Assembly: GCF_001194135.2 (NCBI RefSeq)
Contig: NC_068984.1
Span: forward strand, 101,809,787 to 101,873,786
From: Octopus bimaculoides
Lineage: Eukaryota
Length of the DNA: 64,000 bases
Reading direction: 5' to 3'
Shown: piece after piece, positions 37,389-48,924 of the stretch
How positions within the stretch are numbered: the first letter of the stretch is position 1
Layout: every line of letters begins with the position of its first letter
Program-made: the position numbers and the translations under genes
Notes under the pieces: generated by a model
Databases searched by the model: none
What the model was told of the DNA's origin: nothing
The model's input: only the letters and a program-made list of their open reading frames with translations

Positions 37389-39247
37389 GAGAAGACATAA
37401 GAAAACTATTGTTTTAGAACTGATGTAAATGTAAGCCGAACAGGAATCTCGTGTGTATCTGTGCGTGTGCGTATATGCACATTTGACACACACACACACA
37501 CAGTGCATTGAGTAGCGCAAGAAGACAAAGCTAATATAACACACATTATATAAACATAAACACACACACACTTGTAAATTATATTCTGGAAAGTGTATTT
37601 TCATACAAATATATTCCGCACACACACACAAAACAGATTTATATATATATATATATATAAATTCAAAAAGGGATAAAACTCTTTTACAAGAATTTTATCA
37701 AGAAGCCAGTGTGTAAAAAAATTCATAAGGGAAATTTCTATTCCCAAGAATATAATTATTCGTTTATATTTATATAAAGGGCATTATTACAGAAAAATAA
37801 TAACGCCACACAGTGGACTTCTCAAAATAACCACATTTAGTACCTAATGAGAGGAAAAACAACCAACAGAANNNNNNNNNNNNNNNNNNNNNNNNNNNNN
37901 NNNNNNNNNNNNNNNNNNNNNNNNNNNNNNNNNNNNNNNNNNNNNNNNNNNNNNNNNNNNNNNNNNNNNNNNNNNNNNNNNNNNNNNNNNNNNNNNNNNN
38001 NNNNNNNNNNNNNNNNNNNNNNNNNNNNNNNNNNNNNNNNNNNNNNNNNNNNNNNNNNNNNNNNNNNNNNNNNNNNNNNNNNNNNNNNNNNNNNNNNNNN
38101 NNNNNNNNNNNNNNNNNNNNNNNNNNNNNNNNNNNNNNNNNNNNNNNNNNNNNNNNNNNNNNNNNNNNNNNNNNNNNNNNNNNNNNNNNNNNNNNNNNNN
38201 NNNNNNNNNNNNNNNNNNNNNNNNNNNNNNNNNNNNNNNNNNNNNNNNNNNNNNNNNNNNNNNNNNNNNNNNNNNNNNNNNNNNNNNNNNNNNNNNNNNN
38301 NNNNNNNNNNNNNNNNNNNNNNNNNNNNNNNNNNNNNNNNNNNNNNNNNNNNNNNNNNNNNNNNNNNNNNNNNNATATATATATATATATATATATATAT
38401 AAATGTTTATATGCGAATAAAAAGTCGTCAATCTAATGTAAAAGTCGATTCCATCTTCGGGGGTTAAAACTCTGGAATTCTCTATTTCCTGTAAATGTCG
38501 ACCAGTTACTTGGTCAAAGGATAATGAATGTCTAAAAGTTACAAGAAAAAAATTAAATTTCCTCCATTATTATGTATTTGTGGATGTGCAGCGAGTCGAA
38601 CCATATGGATTTACCAGTATAATTCATTGCAATAATTTTATTTTTACCTTAATACATTTAAGAGATCATTTAGCTTATCTTGCTTTGGATTGTATATTAA
38701 AAACTTTAGTACTTCAAAAGAGGTCAACCCTCTTATTTAGCTTTAAAAATAGGACCGTAAAATATTTAACGTTACGCAAATATAATAGGTATCGTTATAA
38801 CTTTTACCGTCTTCTTTATTACACACACGCACACACAATTATTCCACAAAATATAAAGAGTGTAACCCAGTATTTGCGACCTCAGGTAACGTTATGTGAC
38901 AGGTGCCAAAATTGTTTCTCATTCAGTTGTATCGACAACATAATAAAAGCAGGATCCAATCTGACACAGGGATCGTAAAAATACACTGTGCTGCCCGATT
39001 CGGAAGCTGCAACTCCTCAAAAGTGGCCGGGTCTTTTATGTTCGGGGACCGAGAAAGAACAGGCCTGTGGCAAAGATGTTATCGCATATTGATATTTCCG
39101 TGTCTCTTTTTTAATCACGAATATCCAAGTATTAAGCTAGTCTCACTTTGAAGGTGAAATTTAAGTCTCTGCTACGGTTTATTTATTATTTTTTAAATGT
39201 ATCCTGAACAAAACTGACCACCAAAACCGTCGGAAAGCATTCGGTCT

Positions 39248-39790
39248 TTAAGTGGCGGAATTCTTATTTAAGCACTTCATATAACTTCTCATAACTTTTT
39301 TAACTTTTTGCAATTTTCAGAAAATTTTTGCGAATTTGTGTTCTACACACGGGAGTTCATACGATTATGAGAGAAAAAAAATCTCTTTAGTGTGAATGAT
39401 TTGACGAAGATTTACGCTGCTGTTTTTAACACATCCCACGACCACCTGATTCCGTTCTCGATTCTTAGCCACTTGACGTTTATTGATGTTTTTCAATATT
39501 TTTCTCCCCGTAAACGCATTTAATGGAATGATGATGCATCCAAGGGTGATCCACGGCTAGGATTTAAGCAAAAAATTCGAACAGTTCGTGTTTTAGATTT
39601 TTTTTTTTTCTAAAATTCGAAAAAGAATAGAAATTTTAGGATTTATGGCGGTAGGTAGAATGTTTAAAAAATTTTTTTTTATATATAATCGTATGAATCC
39701 TCGGGTGTAGCACACAAATTTTTTGTGAAAACTTCCCAAAATAAAAAAAAAGGTTATGGAAGGTGCTTGAACCAGAATTCAGCCCTTTAA
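39248..39790. mobile_element. TTAA-bounded non-autonomous DNA transposon with long degenerate TIRs (Kolobok-like inferred)
   Basis: ~110-bp imperfect inverted repeats (39248-39370 and 39686-39790, sharing TTCATACGATTAT/ATAATCGTATGAA). The right terminus reads TTAA|AGGGC on minus; RR termini with TTAA fit Kolobok rather than piggyBac. Confidence 0.55.
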
Positions 39791-39859
39791 ATAAACCCCC
39801 GCCTTGCAGGTGAGACGAGTATAACATTTACCAAAGAAATGTTTTCATAGTCAACCGTC

Positions 39860-40010
39860 AACTGGTCGGAAGTTAGTTCAACAAGTCCAAGGCATTATCG
39901 ATGATAAACCTGGACGTTTGTTCGAGAGATATTGCCGAGCTGTTGAAGATGGCGAAGGCCATTAGAAAATGTGTGTGTGTGTGTGTGCGTGATGCACGAG
40001 GACCACACAC
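39860..40010 (+). mobile_element. Short Tc1/mariner-superfamily transposase N-terminal relic with an internal (TG)n expansion
   Basis: Frameshifted VQQVQGIIDDKPG / RDIAELLKM..AIRKCV / HED resembles the second HTH region of maT/Tc1-type transposases. Confidence 0.4.
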
Positions 40011-41271
40011 ACACTACCTGATTAGGAGAGGATAGTTCATCTCCTGCACGATCCGGAGGAAATGTAATCACGTAAGCACCAAGATCATACAACCATCTAG
40101 CTCTTGATTAAGACGATTTGAATTGCGTTGACCCTAGGCATGGGTCGTCGTCAAGGAATGGAGAATTAATGTGCTCCCCACCTCATCCAAAATCAAAGAC
40201 TTGTTGGGGGTCTGCCGTTGCGGGCGACATAAACAGAGGCAATATGATGCTGGTATGAATTCACTTTTGTGACCACATCGGGACTGGAGAAAGTTTTGTT
40301 CAATAGTACCGTTTTTTTTCTTAATGTATCTAGTTAAAACCGACGGTATAGTTTTATTTATTTTTTTTTTTTGTTATTTCTTGTTTTTCCCGTCTATTTT
40401 GTTTTCGATTATCTGATGCACTCCGTATATATTATATTCCACAAATACAAGTACAATATATATATATAAAGTGTGGTCAAACTAAAGTGTACCCAAACAA
40501 AGAAAAAAGTAGGAAGTAACAACCATAAACATTAAAAAACAATATAGTTATTTTCGAAGAAGGTAGCTCACTTATAGTTAATGTAAACAAAGATATGTTA
40601 CAGCTGAGATTGAAAGTAAAAACAATACACGAGAGAGGAAGGGTGGGAGTTTTAAACAATTTCGCAAGGTGGTATTTATGGTAGCATTTCTCGTAAATTA
40701 GATACAAAGGAACAATAATAGACTGAGAAAATATACAGCGTAATCAAATACAAATAATATAGATTTAGTTTAAGGTTGCTCTTTTGAAAATGTAAACTAT
40801 TATATCGTATACATCAACCAGAGATAACCTGCTAGGAATAATATACATTTGTTTTATATATCAAATACTTCTTTGACCAAACACATGGTCCATTCATATA
40901 TGTTAGGAATTTATATAAAACTTGGTTAAATATTAAACCCGACCTTTATCGTCAGAATAAAACATTGTGGAATTGCATCGCATCAAAATTCCGTCTGTCT
41001 GTTATTTACAATGTCATGTATCATGGTAATTCTATATTGACAATTAAGTATAAAATAATTGTTTCAAAAGAAGAAGAACCAGTTCGCTTGAATAAGTATA
41101 ATGACGAACGTATACATTTTATATGTGTGTGTGTGTATTATTATGTATGTATGTATGTATACATACGTGTGTTTATACGTATTTTTATGTACGGGTGTAT
41201 AGACTAGATTGATAAATAAAGCTTTTACGATATGAGAAAAGAATGCTGCTTCAAAAAAGAATTCTGCTTAC

Positions 41272-41364
41272 TTGATCGAGGCAATTTTGGCCCTTCGCCT
41301 TCTGGTGAAGTAGAACTTCATGGATCACGTCGCTTGCGTCCGAAACCAGGCACCGGATTCTCAT
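41272..41364 (-). CDS. MYLIP: First coding exon of E3 ubiquitin ligase MYLIP/IDOL (Drosophila dnr1 family), FERM N-terminus; rest of gene not seen in the window
   Basis: ATG at 41364, 31 codons MRIRCLVSDASDVIHEVLLHQKAKGQNCLDQ, then a phase-0 GTAAGC donor. Aligns without gaps to the human MYLIP start as I recall it ([29 protein letters not shown]). A possible acceptor (CCCCAG|G) just upstream could indicate a non-coding exon further right. Confidence 0.8.
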
Positions 41365-41456
41365 CCTGGGGAACCATTAATAAACACCAAAATTAAAATG
41401 AAATCAAATTACAATTTCTCTCTCTCAGAGGACGACAAGCAAGTCGCTCACTTGAT

Positions 41457-41466
41457 AACCAATCAG
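41457..41466 (+). promoter_or_regulatory. CCAAT box (AACCAATCAG) ~95 bp upstream of the MYLIP ATG
   Basis: NF-Y-type consensus in non-repeat, CpG-containing sequence next to the exon. Function is inferred only. Confidence 0.35.
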
Positions 41467-41789
41467 ATGAGGCCACACAAATTAGCCCTCTCGGTCTCCG
41501 AACTGCTACAAAAACAACAGTTTCTAATGGTTACAAAGCATTTACTTCTCTTTCTGTCTCTTTCTTTCTCTCTATCTCGCGCACCTGTTGTTCGTTTTGC
41601 TGCGTTCTTTTTCTCTTTTTTAAAGTTTACTACGCCTTAGGTGTTTTTATTTACTTTGATAATTGAAACATGTCACTTTCAGATGTTGATTCATAAAAGG
41701 TAACGAGCAGGATCTCGGACAGAAAGTTGGAAAAGCAAAGTAAGACTACTTTCGGGCCCCAGGAAGTGTGGGAGGGTCTCAAAGTTGAA

Positions 41790-42525
41790 GTGGGGACTTT
41801 AAGAGTTTTGTCCGTCTTTACATTCTGAGTTCAAATTCCGGCGAGGTCGGCTTTGCCTTTTATCTTTCGGAATCGATAAAATAAGTATCAGTTGTGTACT
41901 AGGGGTCGATGTAATCGACTTACCTCCTCCACCGAAATTTCAGGCCTCGTGCCTATTGTAGAAAGGATTATTATTATTATTATTATTATTATTGAGTGCC
42001 CTGCTATTGAGAATTTTATTTAACTATTTATTTATCTATTTATTTATTTCTCTAATTTCTATTATATATATATCCTCTGTTATATCCTTTTATGTGGTAG
42101 TATCTCCCTTTGATCGATGTAAAGCCCACCTGTTTTTGTATGTTTTGTTTGTGTGCTGTAATTCGTTCTCCCTGTCCTGGGCTCTTGTGACTTATAAAAG
42201 AAATCATTATCATTATTATTATTAAGGCGGCAATCCGTCTGCACGTTCTGAGTTCAAATTCCGTCGAGGTCGATTTTACCTTTCATCTTTTCGGGGTCGA
42301 TGAATTAAGTATCAGTGAAACACTGGGGTCGATGTAATCGACTAGTCCCCTCTCCTAGAAAACGGCTGCTCTTGTGACAAAATTTGAAACCATTATTATC
42401 ATTATTCCATCCTTATCGAGGTCGATAAAATAAGTACCAGTTGAACACTGGTGTCGATGTAATCGACTCCCCCCCCCCCAAAAAAAAAACTGCTGTCCTT
42501 GTGGCAAAATTTGAAACCATTATTA
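41790..42525 (+). mobile_element. Cluster of three 5'-truncated Meta-core SINE copies
   Basis: Cores at about 41790-41970, 42230-42400 and 42410-42525, all CpG-retaining; the first and last end in (ATT)n. Confidence 0.85.
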
Positions 42526-42689
42526 TTAGTATTAGGAATAACCCTTACGTTCTGGCGTTTGCTAAATTTTCTTGAGAACAATCTTTTCTTAATGGTCAGA
42601 CCGTAGGTGGTCTTCTAGCATAATGGATGTCCACTTAGTGGTCATCCCTCTTATATGTATATTTATATATATATTGGTATGTTGGTGCA

Positions 42690-43830
42690 AACAGGAAAAA
42701 TAGTACTCAAAATATGAGTATGTCGTGACAGCAACTGTTCAACGTAACTCCACGAGTCAGCAATCCTAGGCCATTGAACGAGAGCGTGCAGGAGGGTTTC
42801 ATAGTATTGCCTGTATTTGGGACGGGCCCAGCTGGCGGCACTATCATGCACGTAGAATGTATGCTGAACAGACAGTTCCCCCCGGCAACGCATAAACTGA
42901 CACGGTTCTTTCGCATCCTATTTCATACGGGATGTTCCTTGTAACTAGAACGTACAAAATGGGTGAGCGGTGGCAACCTCGACGGACTGAACGCATAATA
43001 CTGAACGGTACTCGAGCGGGAAGGGCATGTATTCTGACCACTGAGCAGATGTCGCAGTACTTTACAAAATCCAACCTCTGAAGACGGGACCGAAATCGGC
43101 CGCTGTGACGACTGCCGCCAAATACTGATACGCAACTCTATGGAAAGCTTTCGATTGATCTAAATTGATTAGAGTCCTATCCACACCGAATTTCTTACCT
43201 AATCTCTATATGATGTGTTGCATGAAAGGAAGGTTGTCGGGGATATGTCTGTTCAGCTTGATTACTCATTACAAATCGGACCTTCGGCGACAAATGCCGA
43301 TCTCTTGGATGATACATTGGTCAAATTTTTGAAATCTGCGTTTAACAGAGTTATGGGCCAAAAATTATCAATGTGAACCTCACTTTGTTTAGGTTCTTTC
43401 CCAACAGCATCACCGCTTCTCGACACACTGAGTTGGGCATTCTCCCGTTCTGCATCCAGTTGCTGTAGATATCTGCCTAAAGGTCGCCAAACAAGTCTTG
43501 CAAATACCACCACTATCCATACAGTCAGCCATCGCTTTCTGTATTTCAGCTTCTCTTATCGGCTTTTTACAACACTTCGCCCTCCTTGCCGAGAGTTGCA
43601 GCTAGTCGTCGAGGTAGACACCAACATCTATAAGGCAATCGGGCCGCCATTCGTCCCGATCAAAGTGCTGCTGAAAAACCTCAAGCATCTGTTCAGGAGC
43701 GAATAACACGCAAAGGACCGAATTGTGGTTTTCTTTACACATTGCGTCGCTGTCACACGAATCCGTTGAGCGGCTTTCGTCCCTTCGTGTCTAATCTGAC
43801 GACGCAGCCTATGTTGCTTGCGTTGAATAA
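42690..43830 (-). mobile_element. Decayed Tx1/L1-clade LINE ORF2 fragment
   Basis: NFWPITLLNADFK, RSVRRGCHRSPILYVL and LGLLTRGVTLNSC segments parallel the longer element at 48.9-54.2 kb. Confidence 0.8.
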
Positions 43831-46119
43831 TTTATCAAGGGACAGATAAGATTATTCCATATTTAGATGATTCTTGAATGGAAGAAAACGACCGAATCTT
43901 CAACGCAAGCACGTCTGTCGCAATACCTTTCATAGTGTCTTTTTCAAGTTTTTAATTAAGTTTCCCTTTATTCTAGTTTCGTCTACTGTCATTTCTTTTT
44001 CTAAATCTTATAAATTCTAGTTCAATTGTTCTTTTCGGGCGAACCCATTGCTCCCGTGAACGCCTGTCTAAATAATTTGCAATTTGTGTTTCTGTAAGAT
44101 TGGCGTGCCCGGAAAGACGCATTCAGCTTCCATCATACAAACACCGAACATCCTGTTTCAATGTTGCCTTCAATCTGTTCTATCATTCACAGAGTAATAT
44201 CTCTGATATCGTTGTTTTCTAAAATATACAAAGCTTAAATGAGATCCACATTGAATTATTACTCCCTCAAAAAGATCCGGCGCTACCATACAAACATTGT
44301 AAACCGCAAAAAAGCAACTCGACTTGACGGAGGGCGTGCGTTAATGTACAACACAAACATTTGATCATTATAAACCTTCTTCTCGGACTACAAGAGACAA
44401 TCATATTCATAGTGTCCTCTCTTCTTCGGAGCTGGTTGGTTCGTACTAACTTCACTTTGGTTGTTTCTATTAACTCACCTCCCCTCCACTCATCGCCCTT
44501 ATTAGCCTCCCCCACTTCAGACCCCGCAAAAACTACTTCATTCAGTTCTTCTTTTTCAGAATATTCAGCTTTCTGAATTTACCCCACAGCCTATGTTTTT
44601 TTCTACGGTCGTTAACTTGCAGCTGTTCAAGATGTCATTCAACCGCCACCATCTCAACTAACACCGAGGCCTTCGAAAGCTATGAGCATAGCCTCTACCT
44701 CCATACTACAAAGAAAGTCATTATTATTGTTGATATATTCTAAATCTTCACACTAATTATCATTAATTATACTATAACAAGCCAACGTGGGAACCTCTAA
44801 GTCATTTCTCGATCTGCCAGAAATAGCAACTAAAAATCTCTCAAATTTTTACCTACCATCATAGAAAAGAACGTACTCTCCACATAAGTAAGAGGCGGGA
44901 TACCTCACAGCGTGAATGCTTTTGGTCATAGGTTTGCTTCATTAAGGTTGACCCAAGACTAAACAACAATTTTATCGTAAAGAATATATTTGATTGGCAC
45001 AATCTGAATAATTGTGCTACTATTCTACATTAATTACACTTATACTGACTACCCTTGCTAATGTAAAAATCTAGGCAATGTATTCGTTATTCCTATATTT
45101 ACTTTCCGATTTTTAGATAAGATTATTCCATATTTAGATGATTCTTGAATGGAAGAAAACGACCGAATCTTCAGTAAAAATTATCAAATGATTTTATCAA
45201 TATATATAGAAAAGAAAAAAAAAAAGTTTATTTTTAATACTTACTCTTTCTTCGAAGATTTCAGAAGCGATAAAAAAGTGTCGAATTTTCTTTTCAATAT
45301 CAGTCTGAAGATTTTCCAGTTCTCCATAGCTGAAGCCATTTTTAAGCGCCTTATAGATTCTTTGTTTCCTGATAAAAAGAAAAGAACATATGCTATAAAT
45401 CTTTTTGAATTTGAACCCGGATCATCACTCTTAACAGCTTAAAATATTCTTTATTTGTTTCGAATCGTTTTCATAAAGGGGGAAAATCTATTCGTTGTGT
45501 GGTAAGAAGTTTTGCTTTCCACCCACATGGTTCCGGGTTTAGTTCGATTGCATGGACAAGTGCCTTCTAATATAGTCCCAAGCCGACCAAAACCCGTGAG
45601 TGGACCAGGTGGAGGGAAACCGAAAGAAGCTCGTCGTGTGTGTGTGTGTGTGTGTTTGTCCCACAACCGCTTGACAGCCGGTGTTGGTTTGTTTACATCC
45701 CTGTAACTTAGCTGTTCGGCGAAAAGAAACCGATAGAAACAGTCCCAGACTTTATAAAGATATGTACTAAAACCTTTCAAGGCGGTACACTAGCATAGCT
45801 GCAGTCCAATGACTGAAACATGTACAAGATAAAAAGAAATCAAGTTAACAATTTTAAAAAGAGACAAAAATAATGTGAATAAAGGGAAATACACCAATGA
45901 CAAATTTGGATAAGAAAGTGTCGGCTCTTCAAAAAGAAGGGAGATAATTTGAAGAAATTAGGAAATAATCTGTTAATTTGCTTAGAAAGAACAAAAGTCT
46001 AATCTTGTAAGCAAAAGGAAATCTACGTACATGTTTCGGTTTGTTAGACTTCATCAGCAAAACCTATTCTATGTAAGCCTGGTTGATAAATAGACAAAAA
46101 GTATGTACACGCATTAATT

Positions 46120-46520
46120 GTACTCTTTTACTTGTTTCAGTCATTTGACTGCGGCCATGCTGGGGCACCGCCTTTTAGTCGAGCAAATCGACCCCAGGAC
46201 TTATTCTTTGTAAGCCTAGTACTTGTTCTATCGGTCTCTTTTTGCCGAACCGCTAAGTTACGGGGACATAAACACACCAGCTTCGGTTGTCAAGCGAAGT
46301 TGGGGGGGAGGGACAAATACAGACACACACACACACATATATATATATATAAACATATATACATATATACGACAGGCTTCTTTCAGTTTCCGTCTCCCAA
46401 ATCCACTCACAAGGCTTTGATCGGCCCGAGGCTATAGTAGAAGACACTTGCCCAAGGTGCCACGCAGTGGGACTGAACCCAGAACCATGTGGTTGGTAAG
46501 CAAGCTACTTACCACACAAA
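46120..46520 (-). mobile_element. Near full-length tRNA-derived SINE with internal (CA)/(TA) tract
   Basis: tRNA-like head on minus (GTGTGGTAAGTAGCTTGCTTACCAACCACATGGTTCTGGGTTCAGTCCC); CpG-retaining. Confidence 0.85.
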
Positions 46521-47344
46521 CTAAATAAAATGATCTAGGGGAAAGAATTCAAATGGGTCGATTGCACGAAATGCGTAACTAAGAGGTCATATAGTAAATG
46601 TTGAATGAAATTCACTACATCTCTTAAAAAAAAAACTTAACTTTGTTGGTCTGAACTCTTTCTTTATATTGCTTCTTTTGTATATTAAGCAAAATAGAAT
46701 GAAATAAACGAAGAGAAAGATATATATTTTCTCTAAAAATTTTACTCAACTCATTCAAATATCACCGCTTTATGCATACTGTCATTGTTTTATTTCTAGG
46801 AAATAAATAGAGGCGTTAACTCCGAAAACCTTAGTAAAACCAAACTTCTGAAGTTTGTAACGAAGACTATCATTTGTGACTGAACTGTTTATTTGACACA
46901 GAATCAACAAAACTGATTTTCAATAATGAATCATGCCTAAACATCTCTGGGAAAGGGTTACAGATTTCTTACTAATGCAAATCGATTCTAAGCATCAATC
47001 TGAAATTCCAAACGCATGAAATATTTTTGTTGTTCTTTAAACAATTATACGCAAGAACATTAGAAATACAACTAAAGTAAAAATAAGCTGATTGTGGAAA
47101 ATACGGATGAAGATACGTACCTCTGCTTACCTCTTGCGTATAAGTGAGTGGGTCTAATTCAAATGGAACAAATTATAACAGGCAAAAAAATATATGTATA
47201 CGTTAAGAAATATGGCTTATATTGTAGGATAAGTATTAGAGAGCTTCCCTAAATAATTCCGAGCAGACGACTTAGTGAAGTCGGCGTTCTTCAACTGCAG
47301 ATGTTGCAACTGAACGCTCAACTAACGCAAGTGGAAGATGTGAC

Positions 47345-47361
47345 ACTGATGTTTGAGAAAG

Positions 47362-47404
<43 letters not shown>

Positions 47405-47480
47405 GTGTGTGTGTGTGTGCGTGTGTGTGTGTGAGTAGAATCCTTAGGAGTGATGTGTGTGTGTGTGTGTATGTATGCAC
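47345..47480. repeat. (TG)n microsatellite
   Basis: Direct reading. Confidence 0.9.
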
Positions 47481-48084
47481 GCAAGTGTAGTCCTAACAAA
47501 CCAGGACTGTTGAATCTGAACAGTACACGAGTACTGTGGTAACAAATATGTGCTTTAAAATTTGAAGGATGGTGAGGAAAATGGCGGATGAACCATCTGA
47601 TTAGGAACGCCAGAGAAAGTAGAAAAACGCTAATCGTCCATTGGTTATTGATAATTAAGACTTATTTCTCCTGCCCTATAAAATGGGATGCAACAAAGTG
47701 ATGGTATAACTATGCAGATAAAAAAATGCCAACCCTGAAAAATGTTGCTTGCTTGGATGTTGTCCACAAATATTAACGTTCACCTTACCATGACATGGTC
47801 ATCACACGATAAATAAATTTATGTGCAGATCTCTACCATTACCACAATTTTTAAGACATTAGACGTTTTCTAGCAGTCAATGACATTGTGTAAAATATAG
47901 CTTATGGACATATTTTCTACTTAACAGTAGTATGACATGCAATTGACTGAATCCAAGGTAGCGAAGTACATATGGTATTGTAGGCAAACAATTCAATTCA
48001 AATTATAAGACATGTGGATTATAATAATGATTTATTTATTTTAATAATGATTTCAAAATTTGGCACAAGGCCAGTAATTTTGGG

Positions 48085-48664
48085 GGATCTTTTTTAAAAC
48101 GGGGGCCACATTTTTCATTAACGAAACCCTTTGAAACTTGGAACACTGGTAGAATGTGTCATATAAAACATCTTTTTCTCTTAGTCTTCTTTAAAAAAAA
48201 AGAAATCCATAAGTTATTCCATGTGAAATTTGTCGTATTTCTGTAATTTCAACCAATCACTGACGTCCATTCAGCCGATATACATTAAGTGCCGACTACA
48301 TAAACAAACGATTCTGAAACAATTAACCCTAACCCTAACCCTAACCCTAGGGTTAGGGTTAGGGTTAGGGTTAAAGCAAATTTAAAATGAAAAAAGCAAA
48401 TAAAACGAAGGTATGGAGATTAAATACGCTTTACATCGCTTAATCAGCTAAAGGAGTAAGTATAAACAACTGGATACTTGTCAGTGATTGGTTGAAATTA
48501 TCGAAATAAGACAATTTTTTACATGAAATAAATTCGAATACAAAAATATTTTTCTGTTCTATAACACAAAATAGATAAGTATACGAAGTTTGAAAGTCTT
48601 TCGGTACCAAAAACACTACGTAAAACATTAATGAAGAATGTGGCCCCCGTTTTAAAATAGATCC
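48085..48664. mobile_element. Merlin-like MITE copy 1 with a central telomeric-repeat palindrome, inserted in a SINE
   Basis: GG..CC termini, TIR GGATCTTTTTTAAAACGGGGGCCACATT, 8-bp TSD ATTTTGGG/ATTTGGGG (1 mismatch). The flanks join into a reverse Meta-core SINE. Confidence 0.8.
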
Positions 48665-48875
48665 ATTTGGGGAGAGGGGACAAATTGACCCCAGTGTTTC
48701 ACTGGTACTTAATTTATCGACCCCGAAAGGATGACAGCCAAAGTCGACCTCGGCAGAATTTGAACTCAGAACGTACCGACAGAGGGAATACCGTTCAGCA
48801 TTTCGCCTCGCGTGCTAACGATTCTGCCAGCGCGCCGCCTTAATAATAATATCAATAATAATAATGATAATAATA

Positions 48876-48906
<31 letters not shown>

Positions 48907-48924
48907 TTATTATTATTATTATTA

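Noticed and set aside
48323-48374. Telomere fusion scar or chromosome end
   Set aside because: Orientation is (CCCTAA)n-(TTAGGG)n, the arrays are short, and both occurrences sit at the same position within a TSD-bounded transposon.
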